Positions 26,415-36,278 of a DNA stretch of 64,000 nt are shown in pieces. The position numbers and the translations under genes are program-made. Below the pieces are notes generated by a model. That model did not search any database. It saw only the letters and a program-made list of their open reading frames with translations, and was not told the origin of the DNA. Every line of letters starts with the position of its first letter. Within the stretch, counting starts at the first letter, position 1. The stretch lies in assembly GCA_017650925.1 (NCBI GenBank), contig JAGCDY010000063.1, positions 1,729-65,728 on the forward strand, read 5' to 3'. The DNA comes from a bacterium (GTDB lineage Bacteria; Auribacterota; UBA3054).

Positions 26415-27343
26415 TTCAAATACTCGCTTTGTTTAAAATAAAGTTGCTGTTCCAGCATTCTGATCTTTTTCAGGTCGGCGCCGCCTTTCAGGGCGGCTTT
26501 CAGGGGATTGGAATAGATCCCTTTTATCTCCATGGGACGCTTGGCATCGTAATCCAATTTCATGCTCGGCGCGTAGGGGACCATCGAGTCGGTGTAGGTA
26601 AGCATTTTCTCAATGAAATCGCTTTCTATCTTTACGCCGCAGGCTGCGGCTCCCTGCTGCGTTTCCAGCATCAGGTCCCTTATTAGTTTCCTGCTCTCCG
26701 GGTTCTGCATTAGCTTGTCCGTACTGGTGTCCATGACGACGGTCATGCCGTTGTAGGGGATGTTCCAGACGAGCTTGCGCCAGCGCAGCGTCGGGAGATC
26801 CGCTTCCACGGACGCTTCCACGCCGCAGGCGGTGAAGTCGTCTTTGACTTTCTCAATCAGACTCAAGGCCGCTTCGCTCTTACTTAGCAAGGCGAAGCTG
26901 ATGTGTCCGAAGTCGCAGTGCTTGATGTGCCCGGGAGCGACCTTGAAAGAGCAGATGAAGGCCGAGGCGCCGGCGACCGGCACGCCCGGAAGTTCCTCGC
27001 TCAGCTCCTCCTCGAAAAGCAGACCGTTTTGAACCAGGATGACGAGCGTTCCTTCCTTGAGGATCGGCTTCAGCATCCCCTTGAGGAGATGGTTGGCGGT
27101 CGTTTTAAGGCAGACCAGAACGACGTCCGCTTTCGGCATGTCGTCAGTTTTGGCGTAAATTTCGGCATTGGGCAGAGTAAAATCGCCGTCGCAGGACTCT
27201 ACGATGAGTCCCTGACTTTTAACGAGCTCGAAACCCGTGCGGACCTGGAAGCAGACACGCCTGCCGCCCTTGGCGAGCATACCGCCGTAGTAGCCGCCCA
27301 AAGCGCCCGTTCCTATGACAGCGTATGTAAGGCCCTCGTTCAT
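26411..27343 (-). CDS. panE: 2-dehydropantoate 2-reductase (ketopantoate reductase)
   Basis: N-terminal Rossmann fold (VIGTGALGGYYGGMLAKGG) and an ApbA-type C-terminal domain. Confidence 0.75.
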   Translation of the reverse strand: MNEGLTYAVIGTGALGGYYGGMLAKGGRRVCFQVRTGFELVKSQGLIVESCDGDFTLPNAEIYAKTDDMPKADVVLVCLKTTANHLLKGMLKPILKEGTLVILVQNGLLFEEELSEELPGVPVAGASAFICSFKVAPGHIKHCDFGHISFALLSKSEAALSLIEKVKDDFTACGVEASVEADLPTLRWRKLVWNIPYNGMTVVMDTSTDKLMQNPESRKLIRDLMLETQQGAAACGVKIESDFIEKMLTYTDSMVPYAPSMKLDYDAKRPMEIKGIYSNPLKAALKGGADLKKIRMLEQQLYFKQSEYLK

Positions 27344-27401
27344 ATAGGATAATTCTCAGACTTAAAACTACATTATAACATTTTGCGCGCAAAAACCCTC
27401 G

Positions 27402-27430
27402 TTGACTTGTACCCTCATTCCTTGTATAAT
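27402..27430 (+). promoter_or_regulatory. Sigma70-type promoter: TTGACT, 17 nt, TATAAT
   Basis: TTGACT at 27402-27407, a 17-nt spacer, and TATAAT at 27425-27430. An AAGGAG Shine-Dalgarno and the ATG at 27465 follow. Confidence 0.5.
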
Positions 27431-27464
27431 CTATATATTAAACTCTAATTGTATAAGGAGAATT

Positions 27465-30400
27465 ATGGACATAAACAAAAGGGAGACATCCTGGTTCGCC
27501 TGGTTCAGCCCCGTTAACTGGATCTCGGCCGTGCTTTCCTACGCCGTTTCACTCTCGGTGTACATTTACACCCTGCAGCCGACGGTGGGATTGGAAGACT
27601 CGGGCGAGCTTGTCACCGCGGCGTACCGCCTCGGCGTCCCGCATCCGCCGGGATATCCCTTCTGGACGATAATGTCCAAGATCTTCTCGCTCCTGCCCAT
27701 AGGGCACGACATCGCCTACAGGGTGAATCTCTTCTCGGCTTTCACCGGAGCTTTGGCGGCCGGAATGATAACCCTCATCATCACGAAGGCCGGCGAGCTC
27801 TTCTTTGACGATGAGAGCGACGAGCTGCACAGAATGCACATCATTCCTGCGTTGGAAAAATACGGGCTTACGGTGCCTGTTCTGGTCAACTCCCTTTGCG
27901 GCATCGCCGCGGGCGTGCTCTTCGCCCTGACGCCGGGAACCTGGTCGCAGTGCACCATCACGGAAGTCTATTCCCTGAACGCCTTCTTCATGGTGCTTCT
28001 GATGTTCCTCTCCTTCATTCTTATGTTCAATCCGGAGAAGAGGGGCGTCTTTTACGCCATGGCCTTCGTTTTCGGTTTCGCCAACACGAACCACTACACG
28101 GTCTTCATGATGATCGGCGGCATGGCCTGGGCGGCCTGGTGCTCCAAGCGCTCGATCGAGGAATTTGTCGCGCTTTGTCTGAACGCCATCCTCTTGCTCT
28201 TCTTCTCGCTGTGGGTCTTCAACTACCTCAGCTACAACGGCGTTTTGGTCAGGCTGACGCCTTTCGGCTGCGAAAGTCTGGACGACTTCTTCAGGCAGGG
28301 CAATTTCTTCGTTATGTTCATTTTCCCGTTCGTGGCTTACCTTATCGTCTCGGACATCATCAACAGGAAATTCTTCGGCTACAAGGAGTGGGGGAGGCTT
28401 TTGCTTTCCTTCTTCCTCGGATTGTGCATGTATTTCTGGCTGCCCATCGCCTCGGCTACGAACCCTCAGCTGAACTGGGGCCGCCCGCGCACCACGCAGG
28501 GATTGTGGCACGCCATCTGTCGCGGACAGTATGAGCAGCTCTCCTTCGCCAGGGGAATCAAGACTTTCCTCCTGCAGTGCTGGTTCTACCTGATGGACAC
28601 CTGGGACCAGTATCCCATGACCTTGATCTTCGCGTTCCTTTCCATCGTCACCATTATCGTGGTGGCGAAGAAGGAAAAATTGCGGAACTGGCTGATCTTC
28701 GTTTTGATCACCTTCTTCTTCTGCGGCATCGGCATGTGCTACCTGATGAACCCGAAGCTGGACGTCACCAGCCAGTACATCAACCGCGTCTTCTTCATCA
28801 TGTCGCACGCCGCGCTGGCTGTTTTGGTCGGCACCGGCATGATCACCATCACGGCGGTGCTTCTGCCGAAGGCGAAGAAGATCGGCGACACGTGGCGTCA
28901 GCTGGCGCTGGCGGTCGGCGGCGCTTTCGCTGCCTACGGGCTTTTCTTCATCTGCGCCGTGCGCGTTGAGAGCCTGCGCCCCGGGACCTTCAATTACTTC
29001 CTGGTCTCGGCTGCTTTGCACAAGCTGGGGGTCTATTCCGCCGCGGTAGGTATGATCTACGGTGCGATCTTCGCATTAATAGGCGTCTTCATCATCGTTT
29101 CCGTCCTCTTCCCCAAGCACACGGGAAAATGCGCCATCGTCATCGCTTTCCTCTGTTTTGTCACGCCCTTCATCACGGCGACCGAGAACTGGGGTGAGAA
29201 CAATCTCCGCTATAAGAATTTCGGCTACATCTACGGCGAGGAGATCATGAAGATCTGCAAGCCCAACACGATCTACTACGGCGGCACCGACCCCGGCCGA
29301 TTCGTGCCGATGTACATGATAAACGTCGACAGGATGAGGGAGGACTGCTGGCTCATCACCCAGAACGGCCTGGCGGACGATTCCTATACCACCGTGCTAA
29401 GGGACCGCTACAGTGAGCCCAGGGAAGTCTGGGGCTGGGTCAGGACGCTTCTCAAGTGGCTGAACGCTTCCAGGGAGGATCACAAGAAGGGCGTCGACAC
29501 GATCTACATCCCCTCGGACTTCGATTTCCAGTATTCCTTCGAGCTCTATTACCAGGACGTCGAGAAGAGGATCAAACGCGGCGAGTACGTCGGCGAAGAA
29601 GTGAGCCTGGACGGCGGAAAGATAAGCATCCGCGGCATCGAGGGCGTCATGCGCCTCAACTCCATTCTGACGAAGATGATCTACGACAGGAACATCAAGA
29701 ATCACCCCTTCTTCCTGGAGGAAAGCTACACGATAGAGTGGATGTATCCCTATCTCAAGCCCGCCGGCATCATAATGGAGCTCTGCGACCATAAGGTCAA
29801 GATCACTCCCGAAATAGTGGAGAAGGACACGGCCTACTGGGACAACCTCATGAAGGTCTTCGACAACGGCGGCACGCTCTATTTCGAAGACATAAACAAC
29901 GGAAGGAAAGGCAAGGTCGACGTGGTCGCGAAAGAATTCTTCGAGGACCTCACCGCGAGAAAATCTTTCGCCAAATGCCGCACCGCCATTGGCGGCGTCT
30001 ATGAGTATCACGGAATGATCAAGGAGGCCGAGAAGGCTTACCGCGACGCGATCTGGCTCAACGACATGTCGGCGGAAGCCTATATGCGCCTCTCGAACAT
30101 GCTGGCCAAGAACGGCAGGGAAAAAGAGGGCCTTGAGATCATCAGGGAATATTTGAAGAAGGACCCGATGAACTTCTCCATGGCCAACTACGTCGATCTG
30201 CTTGCCAAGGAAGTCGAGAGGAAACAGCTCCACGAAAAACTCAAAAACGAGCTGGCGAGTCCGGAGCCGATCAACTGGAAAGAGTACATGGCGATGGCTG
30301 ACAAATGGGATAAGTTGAAGGACACGCAGTTCGTCAACCTCATTTACTCCGCGCTTCTCTCCAGGGAGGATTGCGACGCTCCCGAGATGTTCGACAAGAT

Positions 30401-30698
30401 CGGCAAATATTTCCAGCGCCAGAAGCGCTTCGAGGAAATGGTCATCGCCTACACCCGCGGCTTGAACCTGGCGGAGCTCACGCCCGCCAAGAGAGCCGAG
30501 TTCGCGCTGCAGGTGGCGGTCGGGCTCATCGCCAAGGGACGCCACGAGGAAGCCATGAAGTTCATAGAGATGGCGTACGACGCTGACAAGTCGAAGACCA
30601 GAGGCCGCCTTATCAACGACCAGGCTTTCGATCCCATGAAGCTCAACGCCGATTCCAAGATCGCGAACAGAATGAAGGAGATCCTGGAGGGCAAATGA
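27465..30698 (+). CDS. Large polytopic membrane protein of the DUF2723/TMEM260-like (GT-C-like) type with C-terminal TPR repeats
   Basis: The ATG at 27465 has a good RBS; the ORF track begins upstream at 27402 inside the promoter. About 14 TM helices in the first 600 aa. The N-terminal block LEDSGELVTAAYRLGVPHPPGYPFW is characteristic. TPR-like repeats fill the last 300 aa. Confidence 0.55.
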   Translation: MDINKRETSWFAWFSPVNWISAVLSYAVSLSVYIYTLQPTVGLEDSGELVTAAYRLGVPHPPGYPFWTIMSKIFSLLPIGHDIAYRVNLFSAFTGALAAGMITLIITKAGELFFDDESDELHRMHIIPALEKYGLTVPVLVNSLCGIAAGVLFALTPGTWSQCTITEVYSLNAFFMVLLMFLSFILMFNPEKRGVFYAMAFVFGFANTNHYTVFMMIGGMAWAAWCSKRSIEEFVALCLNAILLLFFSLWVFNYLSYNGVLVRLTPFGCESLDDFFRQGNFFVMFIFPFVAYLIVSDIINRKFFGYKEWGRLLLSFFLGLCMYFWLPIASATNPQLNWGRPRTTQGLWHAICRGQYEQLSFARGIKTFLLQCWFYLMDTWDQYPMTLIFAFLSIVTIIVVAKKEKLRNWLIFVLITFFFCGIGMCYLMNPKLDVTSQYINRVFFIMSHAALAVLVGTGMITITAVLLPKAKKIGDTWRQLALAVGGAFAAYGLFFICAVRVESLRPGTFNYFLVSAALHKLGVYSAAVGMIYGAIFALIGVFIIVSVLFPKHTGKCAIVIAFLCFVTPFITATENWGENNLRYKNFGYIYGEEIMKICKPNTIYYGGTDPGRFVPMYMINVDRMREDCWLITQNGLADDSYTTVLRDRYSEPREVWGWVRTLLKWLNASREDHKKGVDTIYIPSDFDFQYSFELYYQDVEKRIKRGEYVGEEVSLDGGKISIRGIEGVMRLNSILTKMIYDRNIKNHPFFLEESYTIEWMYPYLKPAGIIMELCDHKVKITPEIVEKDTAYWDNLMKVFDNGGTLYFEDINNGRKGKVDVVAKEFFEDLTARKSFAKCRTAIGGVYEYHGMIKEAEKAYRDAIWLNDMSAEAYMRLSNMLAKNGREKEGLEIIREYLKKDPMNFSMANYVDLLAKEVERKQLHEKLKNELASPEPINWKEYMAMADKWDKLKDTQFVNLIYSALLSREDCDAPEMFDKIGKYFQRQKRFEEMVIAYTRGLNLAELTPAKRAEFALQVAVGLIAKGRHEEAMKFIEMAYDADKSKTRGRLINDQAFDPMKLNADSKIANRMKEILEGK

Positions 30699-31519
30699 GA
30701 TTTTCGGCCAGGGAAAGAAAGGCCGCGAGCCTGCTGCTTTTCCGCGCGTTGGCGGAGGATAAGTTCGATCACGATCTTACGAGCGCGGTCGCCTGTCCTC
30801 AAAAAGAAGCGTCTTTTTTCCTGAGGACCAGGCAGGACGTGACCGTCTCCGGTCTTGAGATACTGGAACTCGGTTTCCCTGAAGCGAAGATAGAGTTCTT
30901 CTGCGAGGACGGGTCTGTGCTTGAGAAAGGTTCGGCGCTCGCTAAGATCGAAGGTCTGCTCAGGCCCATCCTCACATCTGAGCGTTCCGTTCTGAACATG
31001 ATGCAGCGGATGTGCGGCGTGGCTACTCTCACGGCCAAATACGCCGCCCTTGCCAAGGGGAAGGCAAAGATAGTCGACACTAGGAAGACCATGCCCGGAT
31101 TTCGTCTCCTGGACAAGTACGCGGTGCGCTGCGGGGGAGGAACGAACCACAGGATGGATCTTGGGGATATGATCATGTTCAAGGACAATCATCTGGCCTA
31201 TTCCGGGCTTTGCTACAAAGAGCTTATGGAGAAGGCCAGGAAGGATCATCCCGGCGTTCCCATAGCGGTCGAAGCGGAAACTTTTGAGCAGGCCGTGGAA
31301 CTTGCCGGCTTGAAGCCCGACATCCTGATGCTCGACAACATGCCGGCGGACGAGATGAAAAGGGTGGCCGAAAAACTAGGAGGCAGCGTCGTTCTGGAAG
31401 CCACGGGCGGCGTGACGCTGGAGAATCTTGAAAGCATCGCCGCTTGCGGAGTGCAGCGCATAAGCGTCGGCGCCATAACCCACAGCGCGCCCGCCGCGGA
31501 CCTGGGGCTTGACGCATGA
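30695..31519 (+). CDS. nadC: Nicotinate-nucleotide pyrophosphorylase (quinolinate phosphoribosyltransferase)
   Basis: Conserved blocks RKTMPGFR...GGG.NHR..L.DMIMFKDNH.... Confidence 0.85.
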   Translation: MRFSARERKAASLLLFRALAEDKFDHDLTSAVACPQKEASFFLRTRQDVTVSGLEILELGFPEAKIEFFCEDGSVLEKGSALAKIEGLLRPILTSERSVLNMMQRMCGVATLTAKYAALAKGKAKIVDTRKTMPGFRLLDKYAVRCGGGTNHRMDLGDMIMFKDNHLAYSGLCYKELMEKARKDHPGVPIAVEAETFEQAVELAGLKPDILMLDNMPADEMKRVAEKLGGSVVLEATGGVTLENLESIAACGVQRISVGAITHSAPAADLGLDA

Positions 31520-32109
31520 AGTCTTTCCACATCACAGAATGCGCCTCCACCATGGACGAAGCGAGGACCCTTTTGGGAAAGGGCGAGAGATCGCCTTTCT
31601 TCCTTTTCAGCGACCGTCAGCTCAAGGGCAGGGGACAGTACGGCAAAAGCTGGGAATCCTTTGACGGCAACCTGATGATGAGCGTCGTTCTGCCGGCGTC
31701 CGAAGTCAGTTCGCCGGGGCTGCTGTCCCTTTCCTGCGGACTTGCCGTGGCGGAATGCCTTGTGAAGAGCGGCCTGGAACCGAACCTCGTTTGGCCGAAC
31801 GACGTCGTTATAAGCGGCGCGAAAACGGCCGGGATACTCGTCGAGGAGCACGGCGGCGAATTCATAGTGGGCATAGGCCTCAACCTGAATTGCCCGGCCG
31901 GGCCGGAAACGCTCGCCGACGGAAGGCTCATAAATTCCGTCTCGTTCTTCACGGGCAGGTCTGAGTCTCCTGCAGAGTGGGCGAAAATCATAGCGGAATC
32001 CGTCCTTCGCGTGATAAGTTTGAGAGAAGAGGAGATACTTCCTTCCTGGCGCGCTTTTTCTTTGCGGGAAGGGGAGATCAAGCATCCCATAGGAGAAATG
32101 GCCAAATGA
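31516..32109 (+). CDS. birA: Biotin-[acetyl-CoA-carboxylase] ligase, group I (no HTH domain)
   Basis: GRGRRGR-like motif (KGRGQYGKSWES) and the biotin-protein ligase catalytic core. 197 aa. Confidence 0.7.
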   Translation: MKSFHITECASTMDEARTLLGKGERSPFFLFSDRQLKGRGQYGKSWESFDGNLMMSVVLPASEVSSPGLLSLSCGLAVAECLVKSGLEPNLVWPNDVVISGAKTAGILVEEHGGEFIVGIGLNLNCPAGPETLADGRLINSVSFFTGRSESPAEWAKIIAESVLRVISLREEEILPSWRAFSLREGEIKHPIGEMAK

Positions 32110-32591
32110 AATACGAACTTGTGGAACCGACCTTGAGCATGATGCGCAAGGTCTACGAACTCATCATGAGCGAAGCGGCGGAATACAAGCTTCTGCCGAG
32201 GGCGCTCTCCGACCTCTACGAGCATGTCCATGACTTCACGGTCGCGATAGACACCGAGACGGGCGAGATCATCGGCTGCGCCGCCCTGCATATCGTTTGG
32301 GAAGACCTGGGCGAGATCCGTTCGCTTACGATCGCGGAAGGCCACAAGGACATGGGCATCGGCAAAAGGCTCGTCGAAGCCTGCGCCAAGGACGCCAGGG
32401 CGCTCGGCATAAAAAGGATCTTCGCCCTGACCTACGTTCCGAAATTTTTCATAAAGTGCGGATTCGAAAAGATCGAAAAGGAAAAACTGCCGCACAAGAT
32501 CTGGAGCGTCTGCATCAACTGCCCGAAATTCCCGGACTGCGACGAGCAGGCCGTGGAGCTAACTTTGGAAGAAAAACCTACCGAACAGTAG
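32106..32591 (+). CDS. GNAT-family N-acetyltransferase
   Basis: The ATG at 32106 overlaps the birA stop. The acetyl-CoA binding motif reads IGKRLVEACAKDARALGIKRIF. C-terminal CINCPKFPDC Cys cluster. Confidence 0.6.
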   Translation: MKYELVEPTLSMMRKVYELIMSEAAEYKLLPRALSDLYEHVHDFTVAIDTETGEIIGCAALHIVWEDLGEIRSLTIAEGHKDMGIGKRLVEACAKDARALGIKRIFALTYVPKFFIKCGFEKIEKEKLPHKIWSVCINCPKFPDCDEQAVELTLEEKPTEQ

Positions 32592-32621
32592 TAATCATAA
32601 ACTCTATTCAGGAGTAAATCT

Positions 32622-33179
32622 ATGTCAGATTTCATCAGCAACACCTCGCCGCAGCGTGACAAACCCCTGAGGGTCATGGGACTCTGGGAAGAAAAGGACC
32701 AGAACGGAAACATGATGCTCGCAGGAAACATCTCCGGGCGCGCCCGCGCCCTCATAACCGTCAACAACTTCAAGAAAGGAGACAGGGATCCCGATTACTA
32801 TCTCCAGGTTGCCCAGACGGAGAGGCCGGACCAGGCGGGTGAGGAACAGCCTGCCCAGGAACCCCAGATCAGGGCCAGCATAAGACTGACGGGCCTTTGG
32901 CGCAACAGGGACCGCAAGGGCAAAGACTATCTGAGCGGCTCATTGCAGTCTCTGAGGATACTCATCTTCTCCAATAATTACCATCAGTCCGACCGCGATC
33001 CCGACTACATCCTCTACGTCTGTCAGAGCGACCGTCAGAATCAGGGTCAGGGCGGCTTCCCCAACCAGGGCTCCAACCAGGGCGGCTTCGGTTTCAGAGG
33101 CGGAAATCAGAATGAAGGCCAGCGCGAACAAACCTCCGGTTCAAGCGACATCAACGATTACGGAGAACCTCCCTTTTGA
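32622..33179 (+). CDS. Hypothetical protein with two internal ~55-aa repeats (DUF736-like) and a Q/N/G-rich tail
   Basis: The repeats are VMGLWEEKDQNGNMMLAGNISGRARALITVNNFKKGDRDPDYYLQV and LTGLWRNRDRKGKDYLSGSLQSLRILIFSNNYHQSDRDPDYILYV. The tail reads QNQGQGGFPNQGSNQGGFGFRGGNQN. Confidence 0.45.
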   Translation: MSDFISNTSPQRDKPLRVMGLWEEKDQNGNMMLAGNISGRARALITVNNFKKGDRDPDYYLQVAQTERPDQAGEEQPAQEPQIRASIRLTGLWRNRDRKGKDYLSGSLQSLRILIFSNNYHQSDRDPDYILYVCQSDRQNQGQGGFPNQGSNQGGFGFRGGNQNEGQREQTSGSSDINDYGEPPF

Positions 33180-33571
33180 TGAAAGAAGTTGAGCTCACTT
33201 ACCGCGTCCCTTACGCGGACACAGATCAGATGGGCGTGGTCTACTACGCCAACTATCTGGTTTTCTTTGAAAGGAGCCGCAACGAGCTGATGCGCAGCCT
33301 GGGGCTCACCTACAAAGAAATGGAAGAGAAAGGCATCGGGCTTCCTGTTTTGGAAGCCCATTGCAATTACCATTCGCCGGCCCGCTACGACGACCTTCTC
33401 ACGATCAGGGCGCGGGTGGACGGTTTCGAAGGAATTAAACTTAGAGTAAAGTGTGAAGTGAAAAGGGGAGAGACGCTCCTGGTGGACGGATACACGCTGC
33501 ACGTTTGTCTTGATTACAAGCAATTGCGGCCCATAAGGCCTCCCGAATGGTTCGTCTCTCTCCTTGACTAG
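33176..33571 (+). CDS. Acyl-CoA thioesterase, 4HBT/YbgC-like
   Basis: YADTDQMGVVYYANYLVFFE, a hotdog-fold YbgC-type motif. 131 aa. Confidence 0.7.
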   Translation: MMKEVELTYRVPYADTDQMGVVYYANYLVFFERSRNELMRSLGLTYKEMEEKGIGLPVLEAHCNYHSPARYDDLLTIRARVDGFEGIKLRVKCEVKRGETLLVDGYTLHVCLDYKQLRPIRPPEWFVSLLD

Positions 33572-33574
33572 ACT

Positions 33575-34504
33575 ATGGCTACTTATTTGGTTACAGGCGG
33601 CGCGGGCTTCATCGGCTCGCACCTGGCGGAAGAACTGGTGAAACGCGGAGATACTGTCCGCGTCGTCGACAATTTCTTTTCCGGCAAACCGGAAAACATG
33701 AACTCCTTCATCAACGACGTCGAGTTTTACGAAGGCGACATCAGGGACAAAGCCTTGATGGAAAAGGTGACGAAAGGCGTCGACTACGTGCTGCACCACG
33801 CGGCTGTCGCTTCCGTACCGAGGTCCGTCGAGAACCCCGAGGAAAGCACCGACGTCAACGTCATGGGCACTCTGAACGTTCTTAGAAGATCGGCGGAAAA
33901 CAAAGTCAAAAGGCTCGTTTACGCCGGTTCCTCCTCGGCCTACGGCAATTCAGACACGCCCCTGAAGAGCGAGCTCGAGCTGCCTGACCCGATATCGCCG
34001 TACGCCGTTACGAAACTGGCCGGCGAATACTACTGCCGCTCCTTCTCCTATATCTACGGGCTGGAGACGGTGGTTCTGAGATATTTCAACGTCTTCGGCG
34101 AACGTCAGGATCCGAAGTCCCTTTATTCCGCGGTCATTCCGCTCTTCTGCTCCGCCGCCAAGGATGGCAGACAGGCCGTGATCTATGGAACGGGCGAACA
34201 GACCAGGGATTTCACCTACGTGAAGAACAACGTCGAAGCCAATCTTCTGGCCGCTGAAAAGCCGGGCATTTCCGGCGAAGTCTTCAACATCGCCTGCGGG
34301 CAGACCGTCAGCTTGCTTGAACTGCACGCGGCCATAAACAAGATCATGGGAACTGATCTTCCTCCTAGGATGGCGCCGCCGAGAGTCGGCGACGTCATGC
34401 ACTCCAGCGCCGACATAACGAAAGCCGAAAAGCTCCTGGGCTACGTTCCCAAATTCAGTTTCGCGGAAGGCCTCGCCAAGACCTGCGAATTCTTTTCAAA
34501 ATAG
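33575..34504 (+). CDS. NAD-dependent epimerase/dehydratase (WbpP/TviC-like UDP-sugar 4-epimerase)
   Basis: TGGAGFIGSH Rossmann motif, YxxxK (YAVTKLAGE), and extended-SDR blocks. Confidence 0.7.
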   Translation: MATYLVTGGAGFIGSHLAEELVKRGDTVRVVDNFFSGKPENMNSFINDVEFYEGDIRDKALMEKVTKGVDYVLHHAAVASVPRSVENPEESTDVNVMGTLNVLRRSAENKVKRLVYAGSSSAYGNSDTPLKSELELPDPISPYAVTKLAGEYYCRSFSYIYGLETVVLRYFNVFGERQDPKSLYSAVIPLFCSAAKDGRQAVIYGTGEQTRDFTYVKNNVEANLLAAEKPGISGEVFNIACGQTVSLLELHAAINKIMGTDLPPRMAPPRVGDVMHSSADITKAEKLLGYVPKFSFAEGLAKTCEFFSK

Positions 34505-34529
34505 CCCTAAAAACCGACCATTATAGATC

Positions 34530-36158
34530 ATGTCCAACGATTCCAAAAGATCAGGCGTTTCCATCACTACCGTCATCCTCCTGATGGTGATAACCGCGCT
34601 TAGCGTGGCGGTTGTCATGCTTCTGCTGGAAAGGAAAAACAATGCTCCCATAACGACCGTCTCTATAGAAGAGAAAGCGAAAGCTATTTTAGCCGACGAT
34701 TTGGAAGCGGAAGAGACTGAAATAGAAACACCAGAAGAGAAAGCGGAAGAAACGCTTGTTGTTGAAGAGAAGAAAGAAGAGACTCCGGACGTTGAAGAGA
34801 AGATCGAAGAAATGCTGATCGCCGATGAGTTGGAGAAAGAGGAGATCCCTCCCGTCGTTGAAGAGAAAGAGGATGAGAATGCAAAAGCTGAAGCGGAAGA
34901 AATACTGATCGCGGAAGCGAAAGAGGAAAAGGAAGAGATTCCGGCGCCTTCAAAAGAGCTCGCAAACGTTGAGACAAACAAAGCGAAGCCGGACGCGGAA
35001 TCCGTTCGTGTCGATCCCGCGGAGCTGACGCGAAAAGGCGACAAGGAATCCCTTACTGAAGCGGCCCGTCTCGGCTACCTTCCCGCCCAGGTCAAGCTGG
35101 GAAGGCTCTATGAGGAAAACAGAGAATATGAATCCGCCGCCTATTGGTACGAATTGGCCGCTCAGCAATCGGATCCCGAGGCCAATGAAAAAATAGGCCG
35201 CTACTATCTGTTCGAGATCGGCGGGAAGGAAAAAAACGTTGAGACCGCTCTGAAATATCTGGCCAACGCGGCCTACGCCGGACGGCCGGGCGCCATGACG
35301 CTGCTGGGCAATTACAATTACTATTTGAAAAAGTACGATTACGCCCTGGGATGGTATAAAAACGCGGCCGCCAAAGATGACACCGAAGCGCTCTATAAGT
35401 TGGGCCTTATGTACGAATACGGCGACGGCGTCGCCGAAGACCATCCGGCGGCTTTCAAATATTTTCAAACGGCCGCTGACAAAGGCCACATAGACGCCTG
35501 GATCAATCTCGGAATAGATTACCTGATCGGCAGGGGAACTGACAAGAACCTGGCCAAGGCCAACCAATGGATCGGCAAAGCGGCCAACGCCGGAAAGCCC
35601 GCGGCGCAAAAGCTGATGGGCGACATATATTACAACGGCTGGGGCGTTCCGGACGATCGCAAGACCGCCATAAGTTGGTATGAGAAAGCGGCGCAAGGCG
35701 GATCAGCACTGGCCAAGGAAAAACTGGCTCAGGTGAAAGCCGCGGAGACTAAAGTCAGGAAGAAGCCCGTGAAGCCGCAGAAAAAACGGCCGTGCCCCGC
35801 CCCCGGCATTTACAAGGCCATGCTTGAGCTTAAGTTCACCGGCCCGACGCAGTGCAGAGTCGGCGATCGCTACAACTACACAGTCTCGATCAAGAATTCC
35901 GGCTCCGAAACGGCTGAGAACGTAGTCATAAACTATACGCTCCCCATAGGCATTTCCTTGATCTCCGATCCCAGCAACAAGGACTTTTCCATCAGCGCAG
36001 GGGATATGGCGCCCGGTTCCGCCAAAAAATTCAATATCGAGGTCAACGCCGATTACGCCGGCATTTTCATAAACAATGTCTACATCTGCGGCGACAACAC
36101 GCACGAAAAGCACTCTTCCATTTGCACGAAGGTGATCAACCGCAGGGGCAGGCTGTAA
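34530..36158 (+). CDS. Sel1-repeat protein with N-terminal TM anchor, acidic EEK-repeat region and C-terminal DUF11/CARDB-like domain
   Basis: TM helix at residues 10-33. Tandem VEEK.EE repeats. Several Sel1 repeats (LGRLYEEN; YKLGLMYEYGDGV.ED). C-terminal beta domain (NSGSETAENVVINYTLP). Confidence 0.55.
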   Translation: MSNDSKRSGVSITTVILLMVITALSVAVVMLLLERKNNAPITTVSIEEKAKAILADDLEAEETEIETPEEKAEETLVVEEKKEETPDVEEKIEEMLIADELEKEEIPPVVEEKEDENAKAEAEEILIAEAKEEKEEIPAPSKELANVETNKAKPDAESVRVDPAELTRKGDKESLTEAARLGYLPAQVKLGRLYEENREYESAAYWYELAAQQSDPEANEKIGRYYLFEIGGKEKNVETALKYLANAAYAGRPGAMTLLGNYNYYLKKYDYALGWYKNAAAKDDTEALYKLGLMYEYGDGVAEDHPAAFKYFQTAADKGHIDAWINLGIDYLIGRGTDKNLAKANQWIGKAANAGKPAAQKLMGDIYYNGWGVPDDRKTAISWYEKAAQGGSALAKEKLAQVKAAETKVRKKPVKPQKKRPCPAPGIYKAMLELKFTGPTQCRVGDRYNYTVSIKNSGSETAENVVINYTLPIGISLISDPSNKDFSISAGDMAPGSAKKFNIEVNADYAGIFINNVYICGDNTHEKHSSICTKVINRRGRL

Positions 36159-36278
36159 GTTCTCGTCACAAAAAAACCGGCACACTCCGCGGCTCACTAC
36201 TGCCACCGCCGTTTTAGAGGAACTCGTGGCCTCCGTGTGTTCGCCTTAGGAGTATGCCGGTTTTTTTGTTGGTTGAAC

